From IMG/VR virus record IMGVR_UViG_3300042465_005589, positions 62,001-126,000 of that record: a stretch of DNA of 64,000 bases; one strand, written 5' to 3'. A program made the translations under genes and the position numbers. Under the pieces are notes generated by a model. That model saw only the letters and a list, made by a program, of their open reading frames with translations, was not told the origin of the DNA and searched no databases. This document shows, piece by piece, positions 25,559 to 35,264 of the stretch. How positions within the stretch are numbered: position 1 is the stretch's first letter; the number at the start of each line of letters is the position of its first letter.

Positions 25559-25742
25559 TGAGTCCCACTTTACTATTGCAATAGTTGATGAGGTAGTGAG
25601 ACACCTTTATCATCATTCTGTACCGAGTAATGGTGTTGAGCCATTCTAAAGTCAGATATGAGCCGTCTTTGGTCCCGGACCACTCGGCAGTTGTGGTGGA
25701 CATAGGCTCATCACCTATTCTTGGGTTTCCACCGAACCCTTG

Positions 25743-25814
25743 TTATCCCTAATGGAATCGAACCACTTCCGCGTAGACCAAAACTACGTGTACTAACCGT
25801 TATACGAAGGGACA
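25743..25814 (-). tRNA. tRNA-Gln (TTG)
   Basis: TT-TTG-GT loop, U1-A72. Confidence 0.82.
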
Positions 25815-25914
25815 AAATATTTTTTAGTTAATGAACGGTTACCACAATTACGTTCGCCCCGGACTGCTCCGGACATTCTTTTTTGGGTGTGGATTAAACT
25901 ATTTAACTAACCCG

Positions 25915-25996
25915 CGGAGGAGACAGGATTCGAACCTGCAACCCATTACGAGCGACGGTTTTCAAGACCGCTCGACAACCAACTGTCCACTCCTCC
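25915..25996 (-). tRNA. tRNA-Ser (TGA)
   Basis: CT-TGA-AA loop, variable arm, G73. Confidence 0.87.
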
Positions 25997-26045
25997 ATTT
26001 TTCTTACCAATATTTCAAATAACTAATTCCTTTATTTTGATGGGA

Positions 26046-26076
26046 CAAAGGTAATCCTTTTTTTCTAACTTCCAAA
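26046..26076 (-). promoter_or_regulatory. Bacteroidota-type promoter at the head of the tRNA array
   Basis: TTTG..TACCTTTG. Confidence 0.75.
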
Positions 26077-26365
26077 CTTTTAACCAAAAAAAAATCCTGA
26101 ACTTTTTGAGTTCAGGATTTTGGTTATATTTTATGTTTAACTTTATCTATATTGTAGTTAAATCATCGAATAAATCATCTGAACTTGTATGCGAAATACG
26201 CGGATACGAACAATTACTAAACTGTTGGTTCCAAATCGAGACATTCATATGTTTATTACTATTTTTCATTTTTCTTTTTTTTGTGGTATTTCTACCTTGT
26301 TCTTTATAACTATTACAAACTTACGAAAAGTTTATCAAAAGTCAAATATTTTTTTATTTTTTTTA

Positions 26366-26632
26366 TTATATCAATTTGTTCGCAATCTCAATTATTCTAC
26401 TTTCGTCCTCATTGGATAGTAAATGCTTAGAATTTCTAATTTTCATCATTAATTCATCCCACTCTAACTCCATTACTGTCGCCCCTTCTTTTTTTGGTTT
26501 AACTCTCCCATTGAATGAATCTAAATGACCATCCTCAATAAGGCTTTCAATTAAATCGTCAATATCTCTTTTTGAACACGCCGATATATATTCGTAAGGC
26601 TCAATATCAATTTCTGTACTAAAATCTGGCAT
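26366..26632 (-). CDS. Hypothetical protein
   Basis: 88-aa ORF. Confidence 0.7.
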   Translation of the reverse strand: MPDFSTEIDIEPYEYISACSKRDIDDLIESLIEDGHLDSFNGRVKPKKEGATVMELEWDELMMKIRNSKHLLSNEDESRIIEIANKLI

Positions 26633-26635
26633 AAT

Positions 26636-26899
26636 TTATAAATTTTCTAAATAATTAATTAATTCGGTTACTTCTTCTTTTGAATTCCATCCTGAAACAT
26701 CATTACCATCGGGCATTGGCACAAATTTATCAAGAGTTTTATAAAACGCAGCAACTTCAAAGGAAGTCGTTCCATTTCCATATAAATGTTTTCCCCCAAC
26801 AACGGAAACTTCAATATCATTTCCTAAATCTAATTTTGCTTGAACAGCTCCATTACCCATTGAGTGGGGTTTAAATACTAAATCATCAAATGTTTTCAT
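26636..26899 (-). CDS. Hypothetical phage protein (start reassigned to MKTF)
   Basis: The tracked N-terminus MYYFCP is the translated promoter. Confidence 0.7.
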   Translation of the reverse strand: MKTFDDLVFKPHSMGNGAVQAKLDLGNDIEVSVVGGKHLYGNGTTSFEVAAFYKTLDKFVPMPDGNDVSGWNSKEEVTELINYLENL

Positions 26900-26929
26900 A
26901 GGACAAAAGTAATACAAATAATTTAATTA

Positions 26930-28078
26930 TCAAAAATAAAACCCACCTTTTTTTCTTTTAACATTAAAAGACTCTTCAATTTGTTTTCTTTGGTTAACCA
27001 TCGAGTCTTTTTTAAGTTCTGTTAATTGATTTCTATAGTTTGGTACTAGTTCTCTAAGAGGTTTTTCGTCTTTTTTAGATGGTATAAAAATTCCTTTGGT
27101 TTGTAAAACTTGGTTAATAACATTATAATCAACATTATCTGTGGGTTCATTTTTATTCATCAAACTATTAATTAAATTAATATTTTTTGTTTTATCAACT
27201 ACACTGTTAGGAGGATTAATTATCCTTGAATCAACTATTACAGGTTTTTTAGATAATGTTATTTTTTTACTAGTTAATTTATCCAATAATAATTGACTTT
27301 CTTTTGGTTTACCATAATTAGGAGTATAAGTAATCCCATCTTCATTTACTATTGTAATATTTTCATATTTAGGTAATTTGTAAACATATCCAGCAATTTT
27401 ACTTTGTAGAGTTTTATCCCCAAATGAGTTTGTATTTGAATATGATTGATTTTCATGCCATGTGTAGATATACGTTACTTGGTCCAAATAATAGAAATGA
27501 GAATTTCCCGCCATTTCTAACATTGGTATTCCTGCACCAATATCACAACCCGCTTTAAAATATTCTCCCTCAAATTTTAAATCTTCATCTTTAATCATTC
27601 TAAATAAAAATGCTCGATAGGTTCTCATGTGTGAGAAATTCCACGATTTAATTCTTGCTTTATCAGCATTAAATTTACCATAATTCCCTACAACACCGTC
27701 TTTATCCATCCATTTTGAACCACAAATCCATATATTTTCATTTGTATATATTTTAGTAATTAATCCTAAAACAAAATTATCACTTAATTGGTCATCACCA
27801 TCAATTTCAATAATAACATCATCCCAATCTATATTTGGATTATTATTAATAACATCAATAAAATTTTTGGTTTTATATTTTTTCTCAATATTTTTTATTA
27901 AGATAAATCGTTCATCCCCATCGATGGCTTCAAGAGCAACATCGTAAGAATTATCAGTTGACATATCATCAATCATATATACGACAAATTCGCTATAATA
28001 TTGATTTTTTATAGATTTAATACAGTCTGCGACGTATTCTTCGGAATTCCAAAATGTGGATACAATAACTAGTTTCAT
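26930..28078 (-). CDS. Glycosyltransferase family 2
   Basis: VSTFWN..MIDDMSTD..IEIDGDD. Confidence 0.88.
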   Translation of the reverse strand: MKLVIVSTFWNSEEYVADCIKSIKNQYYSEFVVYMIDDMSTDNSYDVALEAIDGDERFILIKNIEKKYKTKNFIDVINNNPNIDWDDVIIEIDGDDQLSDNFVLGLITKIYTNENIWICGSKWMDKDGVVGNYGKFNADKARIKSWNFSHMRTYRAFLFRMIKDEDLKFEGEYFKAGCDIGAGIPMLEMAGNSHFYYLDQVTYIYTWHENQSYSNTNSFGDKTLQSKIAGYVYKLPKYENITIVNEDGITYTPNYGKPKESQLLLDKLTSKKITLSKKPVIVDSRIINPPNSVVDKTKNINLINSLMNKNEPTDNVDYNVINQVLQTKGIFIPSKKDEKPLRELVPNYRNQLTELKKDSMVNQRKQIEESFNVKRKKGGFYF

Positions 28079-28144
28079 AAAAAGAAAGGTTCAATATTTA
28101 TAAATAGACCTAATGTCTTATTTTAATAATAAAAACAAAATAAA

Positions 28145-28714
28145 ATGATTGAGAATACATTTATTAAACCTAAAGGAAGGGTTTTTCATATGATACCCTG
28201 GAATTCTGATAAAAATATTGGTAAATCATATAATGAATTAATGTCAATGGTCAAAACTGATGATTGGGTTTGTTTTTTAGATGGTGATGCTGTTCATACC
28301 TCTCATTTTTTTGGGAAACGGATTGAAGAAGTTATTCAAACTAATCCTGAATATTCATTATTCACTTGTACAACAAATAGAGTTAATTGTCAATATCAAA
28401 TTGCTCCTAATGTCGATATTAAAACAAATGACCAAGAATACCATAGGAATTTTGGAGATTCTCTTTGGGAATTATATGGTAATCAAGTTATGGATGTTAC
28501 ACATAATATGGAATTAAGTGGTGTTTTAATTGTTATAAAAAAATCCATATGGGAAAAAGTTGGTGGTTTTAAAGAAGATAAAATGTTAACTATAGATAAC
28601 GACATTCATAGAAAAATTAGAATTTCCGGTGGATTAGTCGGGTTAATGAAAGGGATATATGTACAACATTGGTATCGTGGTGGTATAAAAGAAAATAGAC
28701 AACACTTACTATAA
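28145..28714 (+). CDS. GT-A fold glycosyltransferase-like protein
   Basis: WVCFLDGD, WEKVGGF, YVQH. Confidence 0.75.
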   Translation: MIENTFIKPKGRVFHMIPWNSDKNIGKSYNELMSMVKTDDWVCFLDGDAVHTSHFFGKRIEEVIQTNPEYSLFTCTTNRVNCQYQIAPNVDIKTNDQEYHRNFGDSLWELYGNQVMDVTHNMELSGVLIVIKKSIWEKVGGFKEDKMLTIDNDIHRKIRISGGLVGLMKGIYVQHWYRGGIKENRQHLL

Positions 28715-29454
28715 TGTATTTAATTCATAAACAAGGGGGTTATTTTAATTCAATTTCAAAAATGGTTGAGGAGGTTTTAGAAGAACCTTGTAGACACACA
28801 TCAAATCCAAATGAAACAGGTGTATGGGTATTATTTTTCACTTCATTTTTATCAGGATTTTATAAATCAATTAAAGGTGATTATATTGTTATTCAAACAG
28901 AACCACCTGAAAGAACTTTCAATAGATATCCGGAATATAAAATAATGTGTGATAACGCAATTAAAGTTTTAGATTACTCTAAGAATTTTGAAATACGTTA
29001 TTCCAATAACTATAGGGTTGATTGTGAAGAATCTAAAGAAATTGACGTTCTTTTCTACGGAGTTTTAAGCCCAAGAAGAAAAGAACTCTTAGATAAAATA
29101 AATGTACCAAATAAAGTTATTCTTCATACATCACCTCCGGTTGCTGGTACTGATTTATGGAAATTAATAAATAAAAGTAAAATTGTATTATTAATCAGTA
29201 CACACGATAGTTCACAAGAACTTGATTGGATTAGACTCACACCTTTATTATCCAATAAAGTTTTTGTTATTATGGAAAAAAATGATGACAAAAAATACGA
29301 TTACTTAAGTAATCATATCGCAATAACAAATTATGATTACATACCAACATTAATTAAACATTTTTTAAAAAACCCATTAGGTAGAGCTCAATGGGCGGAT
29401 AAAGGATTTGACTATATAAGACAACATAAAACAAAAATAATAAACAATGATTAG
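28714..29454 (+). CDS. Glycosyltransferase-like protein (GT-B C-terminal-like)
   Basis: DVLFYGVLSPRR..SKIVLLI..R. Confidence 0.65.
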   Translation: MYLIHKQGGYFNSISKMVEEVLEEPCRHTSNPNETGVWVLFFTSFLSGFYKSIKGDYIVIQTEPPERTFNRYPEYKIMCDNAIKVLDYSKNFEIRYSNNYRVDCEESKEIDVLFYGVLSPRRKELLDKINVPNKVILHTSPPVAGTDLWKLINKSKIVLLISTHDSSQELDWIRLTPLLSNKVFVIMEKNDDKKYDYLSNHIAITNYDYIPTLIKHFLKNPLGRAQWADKGFDYIRQHKTKIINND

Positions 29455-30220
29455 AACTAATTTTTTTACCGCATGTAATGGGATATACAAAGAATTTATA
29501 CCTCTTTTTATATTATCCCATCTATATTATAACGAAAATTGTTTTGTTGAAATAGGTGTTGATACAATGTTAAAACCTGAAATATTAAAAAGTTTACAGG
29601 TACTTAATAATTTTTACCCAAATAAATTTAGCATTCACCTAATAGATTTTGGACCTATTAATGTTAATAGTAAAAAATATAATGCAATACCAAATACGAT
29701 TAGATTTTTTACCACCCCAAAAACTAAAAGTGAATATGTCTATATTTCCGATATAGACATTATTTGTCTTCAAAAAGAATTATCCGATATTCATATTAAT
29801 GATATGATAAGAACAGGTTTACCATATTCAAATATTGTGAGACCAGTCAAAGACGAATCCCATCCTCATCGTAGATTGAGTGGGTTACATTTTACACCAT
29901 ACGATAATTATTATCCATTACCAAATTATGATAATTTATGCCAAACAGGTTTATTACAACATGATGAAGTATTTTTATATGAATTAGTTAAAAAACGTCA
30001 TCCTAATTTTTTAATAGATAATTCATATAGACCTGTTCACGGTATTCACGTATCTCCAAATAGAAATCCAACCGGAACTATGAATTGGGGTATACCTAAA
30101 TGGAGAAATCAATGGGGGGAATTTAGAAATTCTAAAGAATTTAGAGACCTCGAGTTAACTTTAACACAAATGATTAAAGAAAAAATAAATATAATTGATA
30201 ATTACTATACCGATAACTAA
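29447..30220 (+). CDS. Glycosyltransferase-like protein (DxD)
   Basis: YVYISDIDII; position in cluster. Confidence 0.55.
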   Translation: MIRTNFFTACNGIYKEFIPLFILSHLYYNENCFVEIGVDTMLKPEILKSLQVLNNFYPNKFSIHLIDFGPINVNSKKYNAIPNTIRFFTTPKTKSEYVYISDIDIICLQKELSDIHINDMIRTGLPYSNIVRPVKDESHPHRRLSGLHFTPYDNYYPLPNYDNLCQTGLLQHDEVFLYELVKKRHPNFLIDNSYRPVHGIHVSPNRNPTGTMNWGIPKWRNQWGEFRNSKEFRDLELTLTQMIKEKINIIDNYYTDN

Positions 30221-30226
30221 AAAATA

Positions 30227-30931
30227 ATGGAAACTTTTACAAATAAAACACCAAAAATAATTGTTTATAGTGTGAGTACTGGTGGGTACGATGAACTAAA
30301 AACACCAACCGTATACGACCCAAACATTAGATACATTTTATTTACCGATAATAAATATTTTAAATCAGATGTGTGGGAAGTTAATCATGTTGATTTTATT
30401 GATAATAATTTAGATAACAGACGAAAAGCTAGATATATTAAACTAAACCCTCATTTAATTTTACCAACTCACGACATAAGTATTTGGATTGACCATTGTT
30501 ATGTTCCAAGATTTTCTAATGCCGAAGAATTATTAAATGAAATTAAGTTTTTTAACAATGATATTATGTGTTATAAACATGATGTAAGACAGTGCTTATA
30601 TTCAGAATCTGAAGAAGTTAAATCTCAAGGATTAGACTATCCGGACATTGTTAATACTCAAATGAAAAAATATAGAATGGAAGGTTTTCCTCACAATTAC
30701 AATCTATTCGATAGTGGTTTCACCATTAGAAAAAATAATGAAAAAGTTAACGAATTTAATAATATTTGGTGGGATGAAGTTAAAAATTTTAGCGCTAGAG
30801 ACCAATTATCTCAAGTTTATTCTTCATGGAAAACTGATACTCAAATATCCCCAATATCCATTGGTTCATCAATCTACATAAATAAATTTTTAAACCCTAA
30901 AATTAAACACCCTAAAAAATGGTTGATATAA
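30227..30931 (+). CDS. DUF616/TOD1-MUCI70 glycosyltransferase-like protein
   Basis: TGGYD, SIWID, H..R.C.Y.E, RDQLS. Confidence 0.82.
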   Translation: METFTNKTPKIIVYSVSTGGYDELKTPTVYDPNIRYILFTDNKYFKSDVWEVNHVDFIDNNLDNRRKARYIKLNPHLILPTHDISIWIDHCYVPRFSNAEELLNEIKFFNNDIMCYKHDVRQCLYSESEEVKSQGLDYPDIVNTQMKKYRMEGFPHNYNLFDSGFTIRKNNEKVNEFNNIWWDEVKNFSARDQLSQVYSSWKTDTQISPISIGSSIYINKFLNPKIKHPKKWLI

Positions 30932-31503
30932 TTGCTGTAACATACGGACAAAATGAAATATTAAAATGTTTCATTAATTCAATTAAATCTCAAACAAGTA
31001 ATAATTGGAGATTAGTGATTATTCATGACGGTCCAAATCCAACATTACATAACGAACTTAGAAATGAAGGTTATTTAAATTCAGATAAAATTGAATTTAT
31101 TGAGCATCCTGTAAGAACTGAATATTACGGACATTTATTACGTAAATGGTCGTTAGAAAACGTTATTAAGAATGAATATGTCTTACTAACTAATGGAGAT
31201 AATTATTATATGCCAACAATGGTTGATGAGATTAGTAAAAGAACGGAAGATTTAATATACTTTGATTTAATTCATTCACATAAAACACCATTTAATAGTA
31301 ATAATTCGACTTACGGATTAATGAATAGTCAATTAATTAGTTCCAAAGTTGATATGGGTAATGTTGTTATTAAAAGTGAGTTAGCTAAAAAAGTAGGTTT
31401 TAATTCTGTCGCATTTAACGCCGATTGGATTTACTTTAGTGATATAATTAAATTATCACCAAGTATTTTTAAAATTGATAAAGTATTATTCGTACATAAT
31501 TAA
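30919..31503 (+). CDS. Glycosyltransferase family 2
   Basis: IIHDGP, LLTNGDNYY, ADW, VLFVHN. Confidence 0.8.
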   Translation: MVDIIAVTYGQNEILKCFINSIKSQTSNNWRLVIIHDGPNPTLHNELRNEGYLNSDKIEFIEHPVRTEYYGHLLRKWSLENVIKNEYVLLTNGDNYYMPTMVDEISKRTEDLIYFDLIHSHKTPFNSNNSTYGLMNSQLISSKVDMGNVVIKSELAKKVGFNSVAFNADWIYFSDIIKLSPSIFKIDKVLFVHN

Positions 31504-31508
31504 AAAAC

Positions 31509-31534
31509 AAAAAGATGTCTCTCGACATCTTTTT
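31509..31534. terminator. Bidirectional terminator
   Basis: AAAAAGATGTC..GACATCTTTTT. Confidence 0.7.
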
Positions 31535-31602
31535 GCTAGATTTGGAATTTTCCCCTTTCTTTTAGTTGGTTAATCCCATTCGGATTCTACTCCGAAGGTA
31601 CT

Positions 31603-33219
31603 TTAATTAGACATTGCTTTATCTCTAATTTCATCATGAGCGTTATCTAACTTATCAGATAACCCATTTAATAATGGACATAATATTTTTGTGATATTAC
31701 TTTCAAGTTTATTTAAAAAGTCATTATCGTTTACATAATCAAAAATGTTGTCTCTTACCATATCGTATAGACCACCATTCAAATCAGCATCTTTTTTTAA
31801 TTTCCCAGCACTTCCATCAACAATTGATTTTGAAATTGTTTTTGTCAAATAACTACAATCAAGTAATTTTTCAATATCACTAACTTTAATATCATCAAGT
31901 GAATTAATTATTAATTTACTCATCCATCCATCAGAGTGTAATGGTGTTAATTTAGAAACTAACCATTCACCCATATATTCTTTAAATGTGTCAAAAATTG
32001 AATCGTAATCACCCTTGTCAAAAAACCCTTTTAACGTTTCAAAAAATTGTTCTTGGATAATATGTTTACTAAAATTTTGAGAATTTAAATAAATAGATTC
32101 TGTCAATATATCGTTAAACAATCTTTTTTGTTGAGGTTTGGTTTTTAAATATAAAGTCTCTACTATAATAGACGTTCTACCTTTAACAATTTTAGATTCC
32201 GCAGAATATGTTCTTAATTTTTCAGTTTTAACTTTTGTTAAATTTTCCTTAATTAAAGATTTAATTTTTAAATCAGTAGATTCGTTAAGACCAATAATGT
32301 ATGGACTAGGTGCTTTAAGATATTTGGTTTTACCCGCTAAAATTCTAAATACTTGTCTTTTATCAATTTTTTTATTTAAGAATCCGTAAGGAGACAATTT
32401 ACTCTTAACTTCAGCAGTTTCATCTTCTCTAAAACCATCAAAACTATCAAACTGTCCTGAACCATCACATTTAACTAATTGTTGTTTAAACTCTCTTAAT
32501 TGAGGGATTGGTGTTGTTTCAACTCTCGCATTATATTGTAATGCTGCTCCAAGATATTGACCTAATATTGTTCTACAACCTTCAGCATCTAATTTGATAC
32601 CTCCGGCAGCTCCCGCTTGTAAATCTTTAGTTTTACCTTTTGGTAAATAAAGAATTATGTTTTTCCAACCTTTATCTCTATCCAAAGCCGGTACTTGAGT
32701 AAATTGTGTTGTTAAAACATCGCTATCCGGTAACACTTTATCTTCAATATTGGTTAATAATTTAGCCTTTGGATAATCCTTAGATAACAATTCATTCCAT
32801 TGTTTAAAAATGTTTGACACAGCTTCTTTATCAACATAAGTTTGTAAGTTAGCTGTTACATTATCCAATGTTTTTAATAAAGTCACCTCATCCAATTTTG
32901 GGTCAATATTAAATGATGTTAATAAAGGACTTGTTGAATATGATAATGCGTCACATGCCCATTTTTTTTTATTTTTAGTCACCATATTCTGCACAGTCAT
33001 ATCAGCAAAGAATACAACATTCTCACCTTTACTATTTTGACCATACCAAATATCTTGATTATTTAATTTTCCTGGCTTACCATTCTTTAACCATTTAGGA
33101 AAACAACCCGATTTAAAGGCGTTTTGGAATAATAATTGTTCGTTAGTTTGAACTGGTCTAGCCTGTAATTGTTCTTTTATTGTATTTTTCATAATTGGTT
33201 GTTTTTTATACTTCTTCAT
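31603..33219 (-). CDS. Large hypothetical protein, possibly virion-associated
   Basis: 538-aa ORF in leader-bearing operon. Confidence 0.8.
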   Translation of the reverse strand: MKKYKKQPIMKNTIKEQLQARPVQTNEQLLFQNAFKSGCFPKWLKNGKPGKLNNQDIWYGQNSKGENVVFFADMTVQNMVTKNKKKWACDALSYSTSPLLTSFNIDPKLDEVTLLKTLDNVTANLQTYVDKEAVSNIFKQWNELLSKDYPKAKLLTNIEDKVLPDSDVLTTQFTQVPALDRDKGWKNIILYLPKGKTKDLQAGAAGGIKLDAEGCRTILGQYLGAALQYNARVETTPIPQLREFKQQLVKCDGSGQFDSFDGFREDETAEVKSKLSPYGFLNKKIDKRQVFRILAGKTKYLKAPSPYIIGLNESTDLKIKSLIKENLTKVKTEKLRTYSAESKIVKGRTSIIVETLYLKTKPQQKRLFNDILTESIYLNSQNFSKHIIQEQFFETLKGFFDKGDYDSIFDTFKEYMGEWLVSKLTPLHSDGWMSKLIINSLDDIKVSDIEKLLDCSYLTKTISKSIVDGSAGKLKKDADLNGGLYDMVRDNIFDYVNDNDFLNKLESNITKILCPLLNGLSDKLDNAHDEIRDKAMSN

Positions 33220-34009
33220 CGTCTGATATGGTACTTTGAATTTGTCCTTGTACCTGTGTATTAGAATCTGTTATTCCATCATTTTGTTGTTTAGGAGTTT
33301 CACCTCCTTGAACACCAGGTAATGTTTTAGGTAGATTTTGTGCGTCTTTAAGTTTTTGAGCAAAAAATTCTTTATATTTTTCAGCATTATCTGTCGGTGG
33401 AGTTGAGTTTTGTGGTGTTGTTGGTTCTACCGGTGTATCACCCTTCGGATTTTTATCAAACAACGCTTTTATAGAATCAATACCTTTTTGAGCTTTAGCT
33501 TCAACCCAATTTGGATATTTAGTTGCGAATTTACCACCCGACTTACCTTTAAAATAATATTTTCCGTTTTCTAATTTGTAATCATAAGATTTATCATTTT
33601 TAGTAATTAAAACCGATGTTGGTGGTGTCGTTCCTGCTGCCGGTGGCGTTGTTCCTGCTGCCGGTGGTGTAGTCCCTGATGCTGTAGTCCCTGCTGCTGT
33701 AGTTGTTCCTGCTGCCGGTGGTGTTGTTCCTGCTGATGTAGTCCCTGCTGCTGTAGTTGTTCCTGCTGCCGGTGGTGTTGTTCCTGCTACAGCCGCTTGT
33801 GCGTTTTTCAACATATCAGCCGGAGATGTTGGGGTATACTTAATACCAGCGTCTTGAGCCGAACCTGTATTAGATGTGAAATTAAATTTTTTATCACCAA
33901 CAGTTTGTTCAACAATGTTTTCAGATAAAGTCTTTTTAGGGTCGTAATTAAATAAAAGAGCCGCTTTTTGTAGCTCTTCAGAAATTAAATTATTTATATT
34001 ATTTTTCAT
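33206..34009 (-). CDS. Leader-bearing protein with (PP)AAGTT repeats
   Basis: LISEE..LSENIVEQ leader; T/P/A-rich linker. Confidence 0.8.
   Translation of the reverse strand: MKNNINNLISEELQKAALLFNYDPKKTLSENIVEQTVGDKKFNFTSNTGSAQDAGIKYTPTSPADMLKNAQAAVAGTTPPAAGTTTAAGTTSAGTTPPAAGTTTAAGTTASGTTPPAAGTTPPAAGTTPPTSVLITKNDKSYDYKLENGKYYFKGKSGGKFATKYPNWVEAKAQKGIDSIKALFDKNPKGDTPVEPTTPQNSTPPTDNAEKYKEFFAQKLKDAQNLPKTLPGVQGGETPKQQNDGITDSNTQVQGQIQSTISDDEEV
33620..33790 (-). repeat. Coding tandem repeats (AAGTT / PPAAGTT)
   Basis: Repeated GTTCCTGCTGC(CGGTGG) units of 15-21 bp. Confidence 0.9.
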
Positions 34010-34020
34010 ATATTTTTTTT

Positions 34021-35241
34021 TTAAAGTTCAATATCGTCACCCACATTAGGGTCTAAATCGTCTTGTTTTATTTGAGTAACTTTACTCCACCCTTTAGATG
34101 ATGTATATTGACCACCATCTTCGGTATTAATTACCATTTGATTACCATCACATTTCCAAGTCCCATTTAAAATAGTTCCATCTTCAAACTCATAGATAAA
34201 TTTTAAATTTTTATAAAAATTCAACGAATCTTTACCACTTGTTGATTTAAAAGATATTTTATTAGTTTGTGTTGTAGGTATATTCTTTCCAAAACCGTTA
34301 AAACAAGAATAATCATTTGTCCAAGTAGGTTTAGAAGATTCTGTTGTTGATGGTGCTGGTGGTGGAATCACCGGTGTTGATTGACCACATTCTTTTTTAG
34401 CATTAGGGAATCTTTTATCCAAGTCTCTAATTGCGTTAGGAAGATTTTTTAATGATTTCCAATCAGTAATTGATTTACCTTTTGTTTCCCATTCACAGTC
34501 ATTTGATAATCTATATTGATAAGGGTCTCCTGGTGTTGTATATATTTTTTTATCACTAGTTGATGTACTTGAGGATGATAATGAACCTAAATTACTTTTT
34601 CCGGTATTATCCCACCCAAATTGTTTGGTATATTCATAACCATCTTCTGTTTTTATATATAATTTACCTGAAACACATTTCCATTTTCCATTTAATATAG
34701 CTTTAACTTCATTTTCATAAACAAATTTTCCGTCTTTATAAAAATATAAATTATCTTCACCATCTTGAGTTTTAACAACAACTTTATCATCACTATCACT
34801 TCTATTAATATTACCTATCTCGTTAATGCAAGGGTTATCTTTTACCCAATCAGGTAAAGTTGTCATGTCTTCCCACCAATTAGATAAACGGTCTCTAATA
34901 TCACGATACCATACATTACCTTCTTTCCATACTTTTTTACCGGCATCTTTCAATTTCTCAAGAAGAGCTGCGTCCGTAACCTTTTCCCAAAATATTCTTT
35001 CAATATCAGAAACGTTTGGAATTGGGTCCGGAGTTGGAGGTGCAGGTGTCGGAGGTGCAGGTGTCGGTGGAGATGGCGTTGGAGGAGCTGGTGTTGGTGT
35101 TGTAATTTTAGGTTTATACCATTTACCATCACTACTAACATCATATTTAGACTTATCTATCTTACCAATTAAGGGTGGTGGAACTGCAGTCCAATCACCA
35201 CTATTGTCAGGTTGTTCTAATATAAGGGAATTTCTTTTCAT
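34021..35241 (-). CDS. Leader-bearing protein with Pro-rich repeats and a duplicated ~70-aa module
   Basis: PTPAPP repeats; two FYK..KF.YE..NG.WKC..TEDG..Y...GW modules. Confidence 0.8.
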   Translation of the reverse strand: MKRNSLILEQPDNSGDWTAVPPPLIGKIDKSKYDVSSDGKWYKPKITTPTPAPPTPSPPTPAPPTPAPPTPDPIPNVSDIERIFWEKVTDAALLEKLKDAGKKVWKEGNVWYRDIRDRLSNWWEDMTTLPDWVKDNPCINEIGNINRSDSDDKVVVKTQDGEDNLYFYKDGKFVYENEVKAILNGKWKCVSGKLYIKTEDGYEYTKQFGWDNTGKSNLGSLSSSSTSTSDKKIYTTPGDPYQYRLSNDCEWETKGKSITDWKSLKNLPNAIRDLDKRFPNAKKECGQSTPVIPPPAPSTTESSKPTWTNDYSCFNGFGKNIPTTQTNKISFKSTSGKDSLNFYKNLKFIYEFEDGTILNGTWKCDGNQMVINTEDGGQYTSSKGWSKVTQIKQDDLDPNVGDDIEL

Positions 35242-35264
35242 ATTACATAAATATCAATAAAATA

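Noticed and set aside
14902-26419. Short tracked ORFs overlapping tRNAs (e.g. 14902, 15516, 16569, 19413, 22948, 23766, 24805, 25437, 25831)
   Set aside because: Chance frames across RNA genes
26899-26917. Tracked starts at 26917, 50640, 39604, 53171 and 6356
   Set aside because: They translate promoter or UTR sequence; downstream ATGs fit better
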